Source: an uncultured Acidimicrobiales bacterium (GTDB lineage: Bacteria; Actinomycetota; Acidimicrobiia; Acidimicrobiales; SHLQ01). From it: DNA of 64,000 bases. This document shows, piece after piece, positions 1-8,893 of the stretch (position 1 is its first letter; each line of letters opens with the position of its first letter). The translations under genes and the position numbers were made by a program. The notes below the pieces were generated by a model. That model made no database searches and was not told the DNA's origin. It worked only from the letters and a program-made list of their open reading frames with translations. The stretch spans positions 24,296-88,295 of the forward strand of contig CALHTF010000008.1 of assembly GCA_938038815.1 (NCBI GenBank), in the 5' to 3' direction.

Positions 1-1
1 C

Positions 2-619
2 GACCCTGGCCCCCACCTGACCGCCGAAGGGTGGGCGTTCTCGCTGATCGAGCACCGCGACCTCTCCCCCGTCGACCTTGAGTCCCACGCCGACGCGGTG
101 GCCGTGGGTGAGGCATACGCTCGGCTCGCCGTTGCGCTCGAACCGTTGGCGACCGAGATCGGCAACGGCGACGCCGGACACCCCTGGCCCGAAGTTGACC
201 GCCTGTTGCAAGCGGGCAGTTCCCTGCTGGTGCCCGAGCAGGTACGAACGATCGAGGAAATGCTTGCCCGGCTGCAAGCAACCGAACCGGCGGATCCGTG
301 GCGACCCGTCCACGGCGACGCCCACAAGAACAACGTCGCCTGGAGCAACGGCGACATTGTGTGGTTCGACTTCGAGGACGCGAACCTTCGGCCGTTGGCA
401 TGGGATTTGGCGAGCCTGCATCGTGCGTGGCCTGCTGCCGGCCAGGTGGCGTGCGAGCTACTCGAGGTCGATCCCGGTAGCCCATCGATGGTGTGGCACC
501 ACGACTTCCGAGAGGTTTACGCGCTGCTGTGGAGCCTGGTGTACGCCAACTGGTTCGAGAACGCTGTCGAGCCGACCGCCGAGCGGGTTCGTTTGTTCTT
601 CGAGGCGCTCGAGGAGTAA
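2..619 (+). CDS. Phosphotransferase-fold kinase (aminoglycoside phosphotransferase/APH family); 5' end lies outside the window
   Basis: The frame of the listed 98..619 ORF stays open back to the window edge. It has the catalytic-loop motif HGDAHKNNV (HxDxxxxN) followed by VWFDFED, which is the APH/choline-kinase signature. Confidence 0.75.
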   Translation, partial: DPGPHLTAEGWAFSLIEHRDLSPVDLESHADAVAVGEAYARLAVALEPLATEIGNGDAGHPWPEVDRLLQAGSSLLVPEQVRTIEEMLARLQATEPADPWRPVHGDAHKNNVAWSNGDIVWFDFEDANLRPLAWDLASLHRAWPAAGQVACELLEVDPGSPSMVWHHDFREVYALLWSLVYANWFENAVEPTAERVRLFFEALEE

Positions 620-620
620 C

Positions 621-1235
621 TCAGCTTCTCCGCAACACGTACACCGTCGAACGCGACCCAAGCTTTTCGATGTGGGGCCCGTCTTCGGCGAACACCTGGG
701 TAGCCACGCCCGAAGTCACCGCTTCGTTGAGGACATCGATGTATTCGGGCACCTCATGAACATGATCGTTGTACGAGAACGAAAGGTGACCGCCGGGGGC
801 TAACGCGGCCAGCGCCTCGGTGAGCAGCGATGGCGGAGCTGCGCCCACGCCGATAACCCCGGCAGCGTTCATCGCCGCGTAGGTGCTGGGTGCAAACGGG
901 AACGGTTGGTCGGGGTCGGCCAGCAACACCTGCTGATAGAGGTTGCGTCCACGCGCCAGGTCGAGCATGTCGGGGTTCACATCCGAGCCCGATACGTTGG
1001 CAAAGCCCGCTTCGACCAGCGCAACGCCCGACAGTCCGGTGCCGCAACCAATATCGAGTACCGGGTCGTTCGCGCCAACGAATTCGGCGAGTGCCTCAGC
1101 GCAGCGCTGCGGACTCCGGTAGCCGTTGCTTACTAGCTCATCGTCGTACGACTTAGCCCATGCTGAGTAGTACTGGTCGGTGGCCTCTTGGGAGTCGAGG
1201 TCGTAGGCCTTGCGGAGATAACCGTCGTCACTCAC
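621..1235 (-). CDS. Class I SAM-dependent methyltransferase
   Basis: 204-aa ORF with SAM-binding motif I VLDIGCGTGLSG and the following acidic loop (SGSDVNPDML). It ends 1 nt from the convergent kinase gene. Confidence 0.85.
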   Translation of the reverse strand: MSDDGYLRKAYDLDSQEATDQYYSAWAKSYDDELVSNGYRSPQRCAEALAEFVGANDPVLDIGCGTGLSGVALVEAGFANVSGSDVNPDMLDLARGRNLYQQVLLADPDQPFPFAPSTYAAMNAAGVIGVGAAPPSLLTEALAALAPGGHLSFSYNDHVHEVPEYIDVLNEAVTSGVATQVFAEDGPHIEKLGSRSTVYVLRRS

Positions 1236-1238
1236 GGG

Positions 1239-1637
1239 TTACCCCTCATCGAGTTGGTTGATCAGCTTCTTCGGGGCGGTCAGCCGAAACGATTCCTCGA
1301 CCAACTCGCCAACCTCGTCCCAGTCGGCGCGGTCGCGTAGGTCGATGCCGATCCATCCCGTTGGGCCCCAGTAGGCCGGGATGAAGAATCGAGGGTCTTG
1401 GAGGAGCGCTTCGCGTTCGTCGTCGGTGGGCATGATGAGCAGCGCTTGGTCATACCGACTCGAGTCGTGCTCGCCCTTCACCACCGCGCCGTACCCGGCG
1501 AAGATCTTCTTGGTGAAGAATGCCGGCCGGCCGTGCGAGATCTTCTCGTCGGCGCCCGGTAGGGCAAGACAAATCTTGCGCACCTGGGCGAGCACCGGGT
1601 CGTTATCGTCGAAGCGAGTGGGATGCGCCATAGCCAA
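1239..1637 (-). CDS. MmcQ/YjbR-like small protein
   Basis: 132-aa ORF lying 3 nt upstream of the methyltransferase gene. The pattern LPGADEKISHGRPAFF...GWIGIDL resembles the YjbR/MmcQ family. This assignment is from memory, not from a search. Confidence 0.55.
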   Translation of the reverse strand: MAMAHPTRFDDNDPVLAQVRKICLALPGADEKISHGRPAFFTKKIFAGYGAVVKGEHDSSRYDQALLIMPTDDEREALLQDPRFFIPAYWGPTGWIGIDLRDRADWDEVGELVEESFRLTAPKKLINQLDEG

Positions 1638-1736
1638 ACGCTAACACCCCGTTTCATCGCCGTTTCTGGCTGCTGACCGGGCGCGACGCCAGGCGAACGT
1701 TGTTCGGCGAGGAGCGATTGGGGTTAGCATCGGGCG

Positions 1737-3083
1737 ATGGCTGCTGTTTCACACTTGGGTTCGCCGTCCGTTGCCCGCACCCGTTTGCGCCACGTGATCG
1801 CCGCAGTGCTGTTTGTGGCGACCGGTGGGGCCGCCGCAACGGCACTCGGCGCCACCGCGGCCGATGCCCAAGGTACGGCGGGCGATGGGCTGCTGTACCT
1901 CGACACCTACGCCCGAGGCGGCGACCCATCGACCCTCGGCCCAACGTGGGACTACGAGGTCACCGGAAACTGCGTCACTGGCTCGTTCACCCTGCAAGGC
2001 AATGTGGCCGAGAGTTTCGACTATGGCTCCTACGAAACCTATGTGATCAACGAAAAGTTCGACGCCGACGGCAACCTGTGCGTGTACACGGCGACACCGC
2101 TGCCGGTTGCGGGGTACACCCCGTTCCCGGCCACCGTCGACTTCCACTTTGACGAGTACCCCGACTCGGAGGCCAACGTCTCGTTCTCCATGCTTGGTGC
2201 CGGGGCAACCGGCGACATCGTCATCGGAAAGAACTCCTTCGATATCTACGAATACCAGTACGACCGCGGAAACTGGCCCAGCTCCGACGGGTGGACCCAA
2301 GACACCCTTCCGGCACTCTGGCAGTTCTCGATCACCTCGCCCTGCCTGGCCGAAGACATGGTGGTCGACATGGACCCCATCAACCGCAACTTCTTTAGCG
2401 GGCAGGTCGAACTCGGCGGGTTCACCTTGCTCGACACCAACAACGAAATCTGTACCTACGTGATCACCGATCTCGGTGACCCCGGTTGGGTGACCAAACA
2501 GCCTTACAGCGTGCCCTACACCCCCGCCCGCCGCATCTTGCCGAACTTCCTCGTTAGCGTGAACTTCACCGCGGTGAAGGTCAACCCGCCGCTGTATACC
2601 TGCGGCGGATTGGCCGTGACGGTGTATCTCGAGCACGGCGACCTGCCGACCGGGGGTAGCAACGTCATCCGGGGTACCGAAGGCGACGACGAGATAAAGG
2701 CCCTCGGCGGGAACGACACCATTTGCGGCCTCGGCGGCGACGACCGAATCAACGGCGGCTACGGCAACGATCGCATCATCGGCGGCAACGGCAACGATTG
2801 GCTGATCGGCAACAAAGGGAACGACTGGCTCTCAGGCGGCCTCGGCAACGACGTACTGCTCGGGCGAGCCGGCGAAGACGTGTTGGGCGGCGGCGGAGGC
2901 AACGACTACCTCGGCGGCGGCAAAGACGACGACCGGCTGTCCGGTGCTGAGGGCAACGACTTCCTGCTGGGCAACATGGGCGACGACCGGCTCAACGGCG
3001 GCGACGGTACCGACACCTGCGACGGCAGGGGCGGCATCGACATTGCGTACTCAACCTGTGAGACGAAGAAGAACATTCCGTAG
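1737..3083 (+). CDS. Secreted protein with C-terminal RTX-type (hemolysin-type) Ca2+-binding repeats
   Basis: It has an N-terminal signal-like segment (RLRHVIAAVLFVATGGAAATALGATAADA). About a dozen consecutive GGxGxD nonapeptides run from ~nt 2690-3040 (GGNDTICGLGGDDRINGGYGNDRIIGGNGNDWLIGNKGND...). Confidence 0.85.
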   Translation: MAAVSHLGSPSVARTRLRHVIAAVLFVATGGAAATALGATAADAQGTAGDGLLYLDTYARGGDPSTLGPTWDYEVTGNCVTGSFTLQGNVAESFDYGSYETYVINEKFDADGNLCVYTATPLPVAGYTPFPATVDFHFDEYPDSEANVSFSMLGAGATGDIVIGKNSFDIYEYQYDRGNWPSSDGWTQDTLPALWQFSITSPCLAEDMVVDMDPINRNFFSGQVELGGFTLLDTNNEICTYVITDLGDPGWVTKQPYSVPYTPARRILPNFLVSVNFTAVKVNPPLYTCGGLAVTVYLEHGDLPTGGSNVIRGTEGDDEIKALGGNDTICGLGGDDRINGGYGNDRIIGGNGNDWLIGNKGNDWLSGGLGNDVLLGRAGEDVLGGGGGNDYLGGGKDDDRLSGAEGNDFLLGNMGDDRLNGGDGTDTCDGRGGIDIAYSTCETKKNIP

Positions 3084-3105
3084 CCATCGCCCGTAAAGTT
3101 GACCG

Positions 3106-3753
3106 ATGCATCTTCCGCAACGGTTGCCGGTCGTCTTGGTTCACGGCGGCTTCTACGACGACATGACGACCACCGAGTTCTGGACCGATACGGGAGTGAG
3201 CGCGGCGTTGAACGCCGGCGGGACGACCTTCATCGCACCCCAACGTCCGACTAACCCGGTCTCGTGGGCTGAGGAAACCACCGCCTTGCTTACGGCGATC
3301 GACGACGCTTCGTTCGATTCGGTTTTGCTGGTCGGCGGCTCGCACGGTTGCGCTGTGGCGGCCCGGTTTGCGGTCGACTATCCCGACCGCGTCGCCCGGC
3401 TGTTGCTCGCTTGGCCGGCGACCGCCGGCGACCAGGTAACCGACGGACTGGCTCGGGTCGTCATCGAAGATGTGCACGGAACCGAAGCCGCCGACGCCCT
3501 GCTCGAGGGCGAAACGCTCTGGGGTGTGTCCGACGCCGAGCTCGGCGCGCTCGAAATGCCGCTGGTCATTTTTCCGTCGATGCCCGCCAACCATACCCAT
3601 CAGCGCGAGACCACGACTCGCCTGCTCCAGGCTCGACCCGACGGCTTTGTCGCCACCGGCGGCCCCGAACCGCTCGACAAGCAGTTCGACGAGTTTCGCG
3701 ACGGGTTTGTACAGATCGTCACGACTGTCGCCCAGGTCGAGCACGACGACTAG
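3106..3753 (+). CDS. Alpha/beta-fold hydrolase
   Basis: 215 aa with VVLVHGGF near the N-terminus and a nucleophile elbow GGSHG within LLVGGSHGCAVAARFAVDYPDRV. This layout is typical of alpha/beta hydrolases. Confidence 0.7.
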   Translation: MHLPQRLPVVLVHGGFYDDMTTTEFWTDTGVSAALNAGGTTFIAPQRPTNPVSWAEETTALLTAIDDASFDSVLLVGGSHGCAVAARFAVDYPDRVARLLLAWPATAGDQVTDGLARVVIEDVHGTEAADALLEGETLWGVSDAELGALEMPLVIFPSMPANHTHQRETTTRLLQARPDGFVATGGPEPLDKQFDEFRDGFVQIVTTVAQVEHDD

Positions 3754-3953
3754 CGAACCGGGGTCACCGACTCCAGTTGTGAGCACTGGCTACCCTGGCG
3801 GTTTGGTCGGCTCGGATTGCCGACGCGACAAAGGCCGGTACCCATGACCCGTTCTCGACAAGCAGTCGCCGCCCCAGCACTGGTGCTGCTGACCGCGTTC
3901 GCATTGATCGCTTCGACGATGCCGACCTCAACGATCCTGCGACTGCTGCCGCG

Positions 3954-4763
3954 TTGTCGGTGCGGGCCGGGTCGGCGTTCTTGATGATCAGCCAAGTGTT
4001 TGTGGACTGCCTCGATGAAGCGGTGGCGGCCGACGCGTCGGCAGAGGTGTTGATGGCCGAGATGGCGGCGGTCGAGCGCGGTACTGGGCTGACCGTCGAG
4101 GCCGCCGACCTTGCGGCGTCGTGCATGGCGAGGCCGGGGTATGTCGACGATGTTCGCGACTCGTGGATCGGTACCGAAACCGAGCGAGAGGTTGTAGCGT
4201 ATCTCACCAACCTCTTCGACGTCGAAGTCGATGAAGCGGCGACATCAGCCTCGCTCCAGGTGGAGGCGACCGAGGCCGATATCGGCGGCGTTACGATGGA
4301 GTCGGCGTTGCTGTGCAGCGCGAACGAACTGCTGGTCCAGATTCTCTCGGACTCTGGGCTCGAGGACATAACGGCCGCCGAGTCCCAGTGCATCGCCAAC
4401 GCGTTGTCCGAAGCGCAACGAGCTGGCGAACGCCAGTTTGCGACCAACGACTTCCTCGACTGTCTCTCCGACGGAAGCCACAACTCGCTCGCCGAGCATC
4501 AATTCCGGTTCGAAACCTTTGGCACCGAAGGTCGCTGCCTCAACGAGTTCTTGGCCGACAACGACGACCCGAACAGCCGGGTTATCGGTGTGCCGGTGAT
4601 CTTGGCCGCCCATACCGAATGCGGAACGTTGGGACGCTTCGTCAACGACCAAAACGGTGGACGGTTCGATGACGATGTCGTCGACTGCATAAACGCCGAA
4701 GCCGAAGCCACCGGGCCCGAGAGCAATGCCGACCTCGGCGAGATTGTGAACGGGTGCCTGTAA
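3954..4763 (+). CDS. Hypothetical acidic Cys-rich protein, possibly secreted (a signal peptide lies in another frame upstream)
   Basis: The ORF has high third-position GC and is very acidic. A [DQRG]-C-[LI] motif recurs (VDCLDE, SQCIAN, LDCLSD, GRCLNE, VDCINA, NGCL). The only in-frame starts are TTG 3954, GTG 3960 and ATG 3981, so the 5' end is uncertain. Confidence 0.5.
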   Translation: MSVRAGSAFLMISQVFVDCLDEAVAADASAEVLMAEMAAVERGTGLTVEAADLAASCMARPGYVDDVRDSWIGTETEREVVAYLTNLFDVEVDEAATSASLQVEATEADIGGVTMESALLCSANELLVQILSDSGLEDITAAESQCIANALSEAQRAGERQFATNDFLDCLSDGSHNSLAEHQFRFETFGTEGRCLNEFLADNDDPNSRVIGVPVILAAHTECGTLGRFVNDQNGGRFDDDVVDCINAEAEATGPESNADLGEIVNGCL

Positions 4764-4794
4764 GTCGGCAGCGGCCGCAAACGGTCGGCTCCTC

Positions 4795-5658
4795 ATGGCA
4801 CTAGTTCTTGCGCTGCTAGCCGCCGCGCTTTTCGGTGTGGCGGACTTCTCCGGCGGCATGGCCACCAAGCGGGCCCCCGTGCTCGAAGTCGTGGCCGGGT
4901 CGCACGTTCTGGGTCTCGCCGCCCTGGCTGTTCTCGCTCCCGTGTTTGCCGACGCCTTCACTTGGACCGACCTTGGCATCGGGGCGGCATCGGGACTCTT
5001 CGGTGCCGCGGGCCTGCTCCTGCTCTACCGTCGATTGGCCGCCGGGCCGATGCAGGTCGTTGCCCCTCTCACCGCGGTGATGTCTGCAGCCGTCCCAGCG
5101 CTATGGGATGTCTTAACGGGCGGGCGACTCGACGGTCTCGAAATCGTCGGTACTGGCTTAGGCCTGGTGGCCGTGGTGTTGGTGTCGCTGGCCGACACCG
5201 AGGCCGACGACTCCGACTCCGCGCCGGTGACCCCGACGGTCATCATCGAATCGTGTCTCGCGGGGCTTGGATTCGGCGCCATGTTTATCTTGTTCGATCT
5301 AACCGAATCGGCGACCGCCCCGTGGCCGGTGTTCGGCGCTCGCCTGCTGACTTCGACGCTGTTTGTCGCGTTGCTGTTGCAAAGGCGCCGGGCCAACGCG
5401 ACGCAAGCCGCAGGAGCCCGGCCCGTCCGAACCACCCTTTACTGGATCGCCGCCGCGGGCCTGCTCGACACCGCAGCCAACGTTTCGTTCCTTGTCGCTA
5501 CCTCAAAGGGGCAGCTGTCCCTAGTTGCGGTCATGGCGTCGCTCTACCCGATCGGTACCGCAGTCCTGGCCTGGGTCGTGCTCGGTGAGCGACTGCGCTC
5601 GGTCCAGTACGTGGGGGTCGCTGCCGCCTTGGCAGCGTCGATCCTTATCGCCGTCTAG
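4795..5658 (+). CDS. EamA/DMT-family transporter
   Basis: 287 aa, almost entirely hydrophobic helices (about ten) with a two-halves organisation and Gly/Ala/Leu richness typical of EamA (RhaT) permeases. Confidence 0.75.
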   Translation: MALVLALLAAALFGVADFSGGMATKRAPVLEVVAGSHVLGLAALAVLAPVFADAFTWTDLGIGAASGLFGAAGLLLLYRRLAAGPMQVVAPLTAVMSAAVPALWDVLTGGRLDGLEIVGTGLGLVAVVLVSLADTEADDSDSAPVTPTVIIESCLAGLGFGAMFILFDLTESATAPWPVFGARLLTSTLFVALLLQRRRANATQAAGARPVRTTLYWIAAAGLLDTAANVSFLVATSKGQLSLVAVMASLYPIGTAVLAWVVLGERLRSVQYVGVAAALAASILIAV

Positions 5659-5663
5659 CCACT

Positions 5664-7727
5664 TTGTCGGTCGTCGCTACAATCGTCGCCATGGCCGGTG
5701 ACCCACTACTCGAACCGTTTGAAATCAAGCACCTCACGCTTCGCAACCGGGTGTTCTCGTCGGCGCACGAGCCGGCCTACTCCGAAGACGGAATGCCCAA
5801 GGATCGCTACCGGCTCTACCACGAAGAAAAGGCCAAGGGCGGCATCGCCCTAACGATGACCGCTGGCTCGGCGGTGGTGTCGCGCGACAGTCCCCCATCG
5901 TTCGGCAACCTGTTGGCCTACAAAGACGAGATCGTGCCGTGGATCAAACGGATGACCGACGGCGTGCACGAACACGGGTCGGCCTGCATGATCCAGCTCT
6001 CGCATCTCGGGCGCCGAACCACCTGGAACCAGTCGGACTGGTTGCCGGTTGTCGCACCGTCGGCGATCCGCGAACCCGCGCACCGGTCGATCCCCAAAGA
6101 AGCCGAAGACTGGGACATCGAGCGAATCATCGAGGACTACGCGTCGGCCGCCGCCCGCATGGAGGCCGGTGGAATGGACGGCATAGAGATCGAGTCGTAC
6201 GGACACCTCTTCGACGCGTGGTGGTCGCCGCAGATGAACTTCCGCGACGACGAATGGAGCGCCACCGAACCGAACCGGTTCCGCTTCGCCACCCAGGTGC
6301 TCGAAGCGATGCGCGCCGCGACGTCGGAGACCTTTCTTGTTGGCCTGCGGTTAGCGGTCGACCAGAGCGTTCCGGGTGGCATCGACGAACCAGCGGGGCT
6401 GGTGATCCTCGATCATTTCGAGCAGGCGGGTCTGATCGACTTCGTCAACGTGATCCGGGGCAGCGTCGAGACCGACGTCTTGTTGTCCGACGTTATCCCG
6501 ATCCACGGTATGGCGGCCGCTCCGCACCTCGAGTTTGTCGGTCGGGTTCGCGAGGCAACCGAACTACCAGTGCTTCACGCGTCGAAGATCGACGACGTTG
6601 CTTCGGCTCGGTTTGCGATCGAGTCGGGCAAGCTCGACATGGTCGGCATGACCCGAGCGCACATGGCCGACCCGCACATCGTGAACAAGATCGCCGAAGG
6701 TCGAGAGGCGCAGATCCGTCCATGTGTGGGTGCAACGTATTGCCTCGACCGGATCTACGAGGCTGGTGAGGCGTTGTGCCTTCACAACGCAGCCACCAGC
6801 CGCGAAGCCGAGATCCCCCACCACGTTCCGCGTGCTCCCAAAGCGAAGAAGGTCGTCATCGTAGGAGCGGGGCCGGCTGGTCTCGAGGCCGCCCGGGTCG
6901 CTGGGGAACGCGGCCACGACGTGACCGTGTTCGAAGCCCTGTCGGTTGCTGGAGGCCAAGTGCAACTGGCGGCCAGGAATCCGCGACGGGTCGACCTGTT
7001 GGGCATCGTCGACTGGCGCCTGTCCGAGCTCGACCGGCTTGGGGTGACGATCGAGTACAACACGATTGTCGACGGCGACGATGTGCTCGACCGGGCAGCC
7101 GATGTCGTCATCGTCGCGACCGGCGGCTCCGCTCAGCTTCCCTCCATCGACGATCCGGAAAGCCGCATGGTCACGGGCTGGGAAGTCCTCGGCGGCGACG
7201 TCAAGCCCGAAGGCGACGTTTTGTTCTTTGACGACTACGGGAACCACTCGGCGCTTTCGGCCGCCGAACTCATCGCCCGGTCGGGAGCGAACCTGGAAAT
7301 CGTGACGCCCGAACGGATGCTCGGCATCGATATCGGGGGCATGAATCATGTCCCGTACGCCCGAGCCTTCAACGAGACCGACACCCGGATCACGCTGAAC
7401 CAACACGTTCGGTCGGTCCTACCCGAAGCCGGCAGGCTTTGTGTCGAACTCGGCAGCGACCACTCCGACCATCGGGCGGTCCGCCATGTCGACTGGGTCG
7501 TCGCCGACCACGGCACGATTCCCAATAGCGAGCTGTACTTCGAGTTGAAGCCGTCGTCGACCAACCTTGGAGCGGTCGACTACGGCGCGCTCATCGGCGG
7601 CGAGTCCCAAAGGGTCGTGCGGAACCCCGAAGGAAGCTTCTCGCTCTTCCGGCTGGGCGATGCGGTCTCGAGCCGAAACATTCACGCCGCGATCTACGAC
7701 GCGGTACGGCTGATGAAAGACATCTAG
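5664..7727 (+). CDS. FMN/FAD Fe-S flavoprotein of the 2,4-dienoyl-CoA reductase / N-methylproline demethylase (StcD-like) family
   Basis: It has an OYE-like N-terminal barrel (LKHLTLRNRVFSSAHEP, IQLSHLGRR) and a central Cys cluster (RPCVGATYCLDRIYEAGEALCLHN). A Rossmann motif follows (VVIVGAGPAGLEAARVAGERGHDVTVFE). ATG at 5691 (MAGDPLLEPF) is the more likely start than TTG 5664. Confidence 0.85.
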   Translation: MSVVATIVAMAGDPLLEPFEIKHLTLRNRVFSSAHEPAYSEDGMPKDRYRLYHEEKAKGGIALTMTAGSAVVSRDSPPSFGNLLAYKDEIVPWIKRMTDGVHEHGSACMIQLSHLGRRTTWNQSDWLPVVAPSAIREPAHRSIPKEAEDWDIERIIEDYASAAARMEAGGMDGIEIESYGHLFDAWWSPQMNFRDDEWSATEPNRFRFATQVLEAMRAATSETFLVGLRLAVDQSVPGGIDEPAGLVILDHFEQAGLIDFVNVIRGSVETDVLLSDVIPIHGMAAAPHLEFVGRVREATELPVLHASKIDDVASARFAIESGKLDMVGMTRAHMADPHIVNKIAEGREAQIRPCVGATYCLDRIYEAGEALCLHNAATSREAEIPHHVPRAPKAKKVVIVGAGPAGLEAARVAGERGHDVTVFEALSVAGGQVQLAARNPRRVDLLGIVDWRLSELDRLGVTIEYNTIVDGDDVLDRAADVVIVATGGSAQLPSIDDPESRMVTGWEVLGGDVKPEGDVLFFDDYGNHSALSAAELIARSGANLEIVTPERMLGIDIGGMNHVPYARAFNETDTRITLNQHVRSVLPEAGRLCVELGSDHSDHRAVRHVDWVVADHGTIPNSELYFELKPSSTNLGAVDYGALIGGESQRVVRNPEGSFSLFRLGDAVSSRNIHAAIYDAVRLMKDI

Positions 7728-8893
7728 CGCCGCGACGCAAACGGACCGAGGTCGAGCTGACTCGTTCCGGTCATCACCTGCTGGACAACCGCCTCCCCTA
7801 GCGCCGCCGAGTGCTTAAACCCGTGACCGCTGCACGGCGACATCACGGTGATCCGGTCCGACCGCGGGTCGGCTTCGATCAGGAAGTGATCGTCGGGGGT
7901 GTTGGTATAGAGGCACACCTCGCGTTTGATGCACCGGGTGCTGATGCCATCGAACTTCGGCGCCACGTGGCGGGCGTGAAAGGTTGCCACTTCGTCGTCG
8001 GAAATAACTCGGTCAACCGTGTCGGCGGTTGTTGTCTCGAGGAACTGCTCGGAAAGAACCTTTACTGCCTCGACAGTGCCTTCAGGTCGCCCAAAGACCG
8101 CCATGTAGTCCTCGTCGGTCTCCCCGACCCACATAACAAAGGGGTGCTGTTCGACGCCGAACCGACCGAGGTCGTCGGCCTCGAACCACAGCACGACCTG
8201 GCGGGTGACCGTGAGTTGGTTTCGATGCTCGGGGCTTGCGAGGTCGGCCAACCATGGTCCGGTGGCAAGGACCACGTGGCCGCCGCGGTACGTGCCCTGG
8301 TTCGTCTCGACGATCACCTCGTTTGGATGGGGATCGATCCTCGCTACCGCTTCGTTTCGGCGAAGCGTTGCCCGACTCCGAGCGGCGAGGTCGAGTTGGG
8401 CCTTGATCGCCCGTTCGCACATGACCAAACCGGCGGTCGGCTCGAACCCCACCCGCACCGAGTCGGGAAGTTTGATGTGGGGGAATCGGGCCCGAACATC
8501 GCTCGGCTGCTCGACGACAAAATCGACACCAGCTCGGTCGGCGATACGCGACGTTTCGGTCACGAAGTCGTTCCACCGGTCGCCCCGGCCGCCGTGGTCG
8601 GTCACGATGAAGCCGCCGGACTCATGAAACACGGGGTACCCGACCGCATCAGAGATCGACGACCACAGTTCATGGGAACGCGCGACGAACGGCAGGTACT
8701 GCTCCCCCTCGCCCACCGCGAGCCGCGATATGCGGGTATCAGCATGAGATGAACCCAAGTGGTGCGGTGGATCGAACCGGTCGATCCCCAGAACGTCGAG
8801 GCCCGCGTGCGCCGCCTGGTAGGTGACCGCGGCACCCATTGCTCCGAGCCCAACGACGATCAGGTCATAGGTGGCGTCGATCTCGCTACTCAC
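7724..8893 (-). CDS. FAD-dependent amine oxidase of the monomeric sarcosine oxidase / N-methyltryptophan oxidase family
   Basis: It has the dinucleotide fold YDLIVVGLGAMGAAVTYQAAHAG and the covalent-flavin Cys motif SPCSGHGFKH. I place the start at GTG 8893, because the longer 439-aa ORF runs through the 3' end of the upstream gene. That gives an 8-nt overlap with the upstream stop. Confidence 0.85.
   Translation of the reverse strand: MSSEIDATYDLIVVGLGAMGAAVTYQAAHAGLDVLGIDRFDPPHHLGSSHADTRISRLAVGEGEQYLPFVARSHELWSSISDAVGYPVFHESGGFIVTDHGGRGDRWNDFVTETSRIADRAGVDFVVEQPSDVRARFPHIKLPDSVRVGFEPTAGLVMCERAIKAQLDLAARSRATLRRNEAVARIDPHPNEVIVETNQGTYRGGHVVLATGPWLADLASPEHRNQLTVTRQVVLWFEADDLGRFGVEQHPFVMWVGETDEDYMAVFGRPEGTVEAVKVLSEQFLETTTADTVDRVISDDEVATFHARHVAPKFDGISTRCIKREVCLYTNTPDDHFLIEADPRSDRITVMSPCSGHGFKHSAALGEAVVQQVMTGTSQLDLGPFASRR

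Noticed and set aside
2690-3040. Tandem ~27-nt DNA periodicity (ggcaacgac… repeated), considered as a VNTR or CRISPR-like array. A similar pattern occurs at ~40830..41160.
   Set aside because: The repeats are in frame and encode GGxGxD RTX nonapeptides. There are no unique spacers of constant length, no leader and no cas genes.
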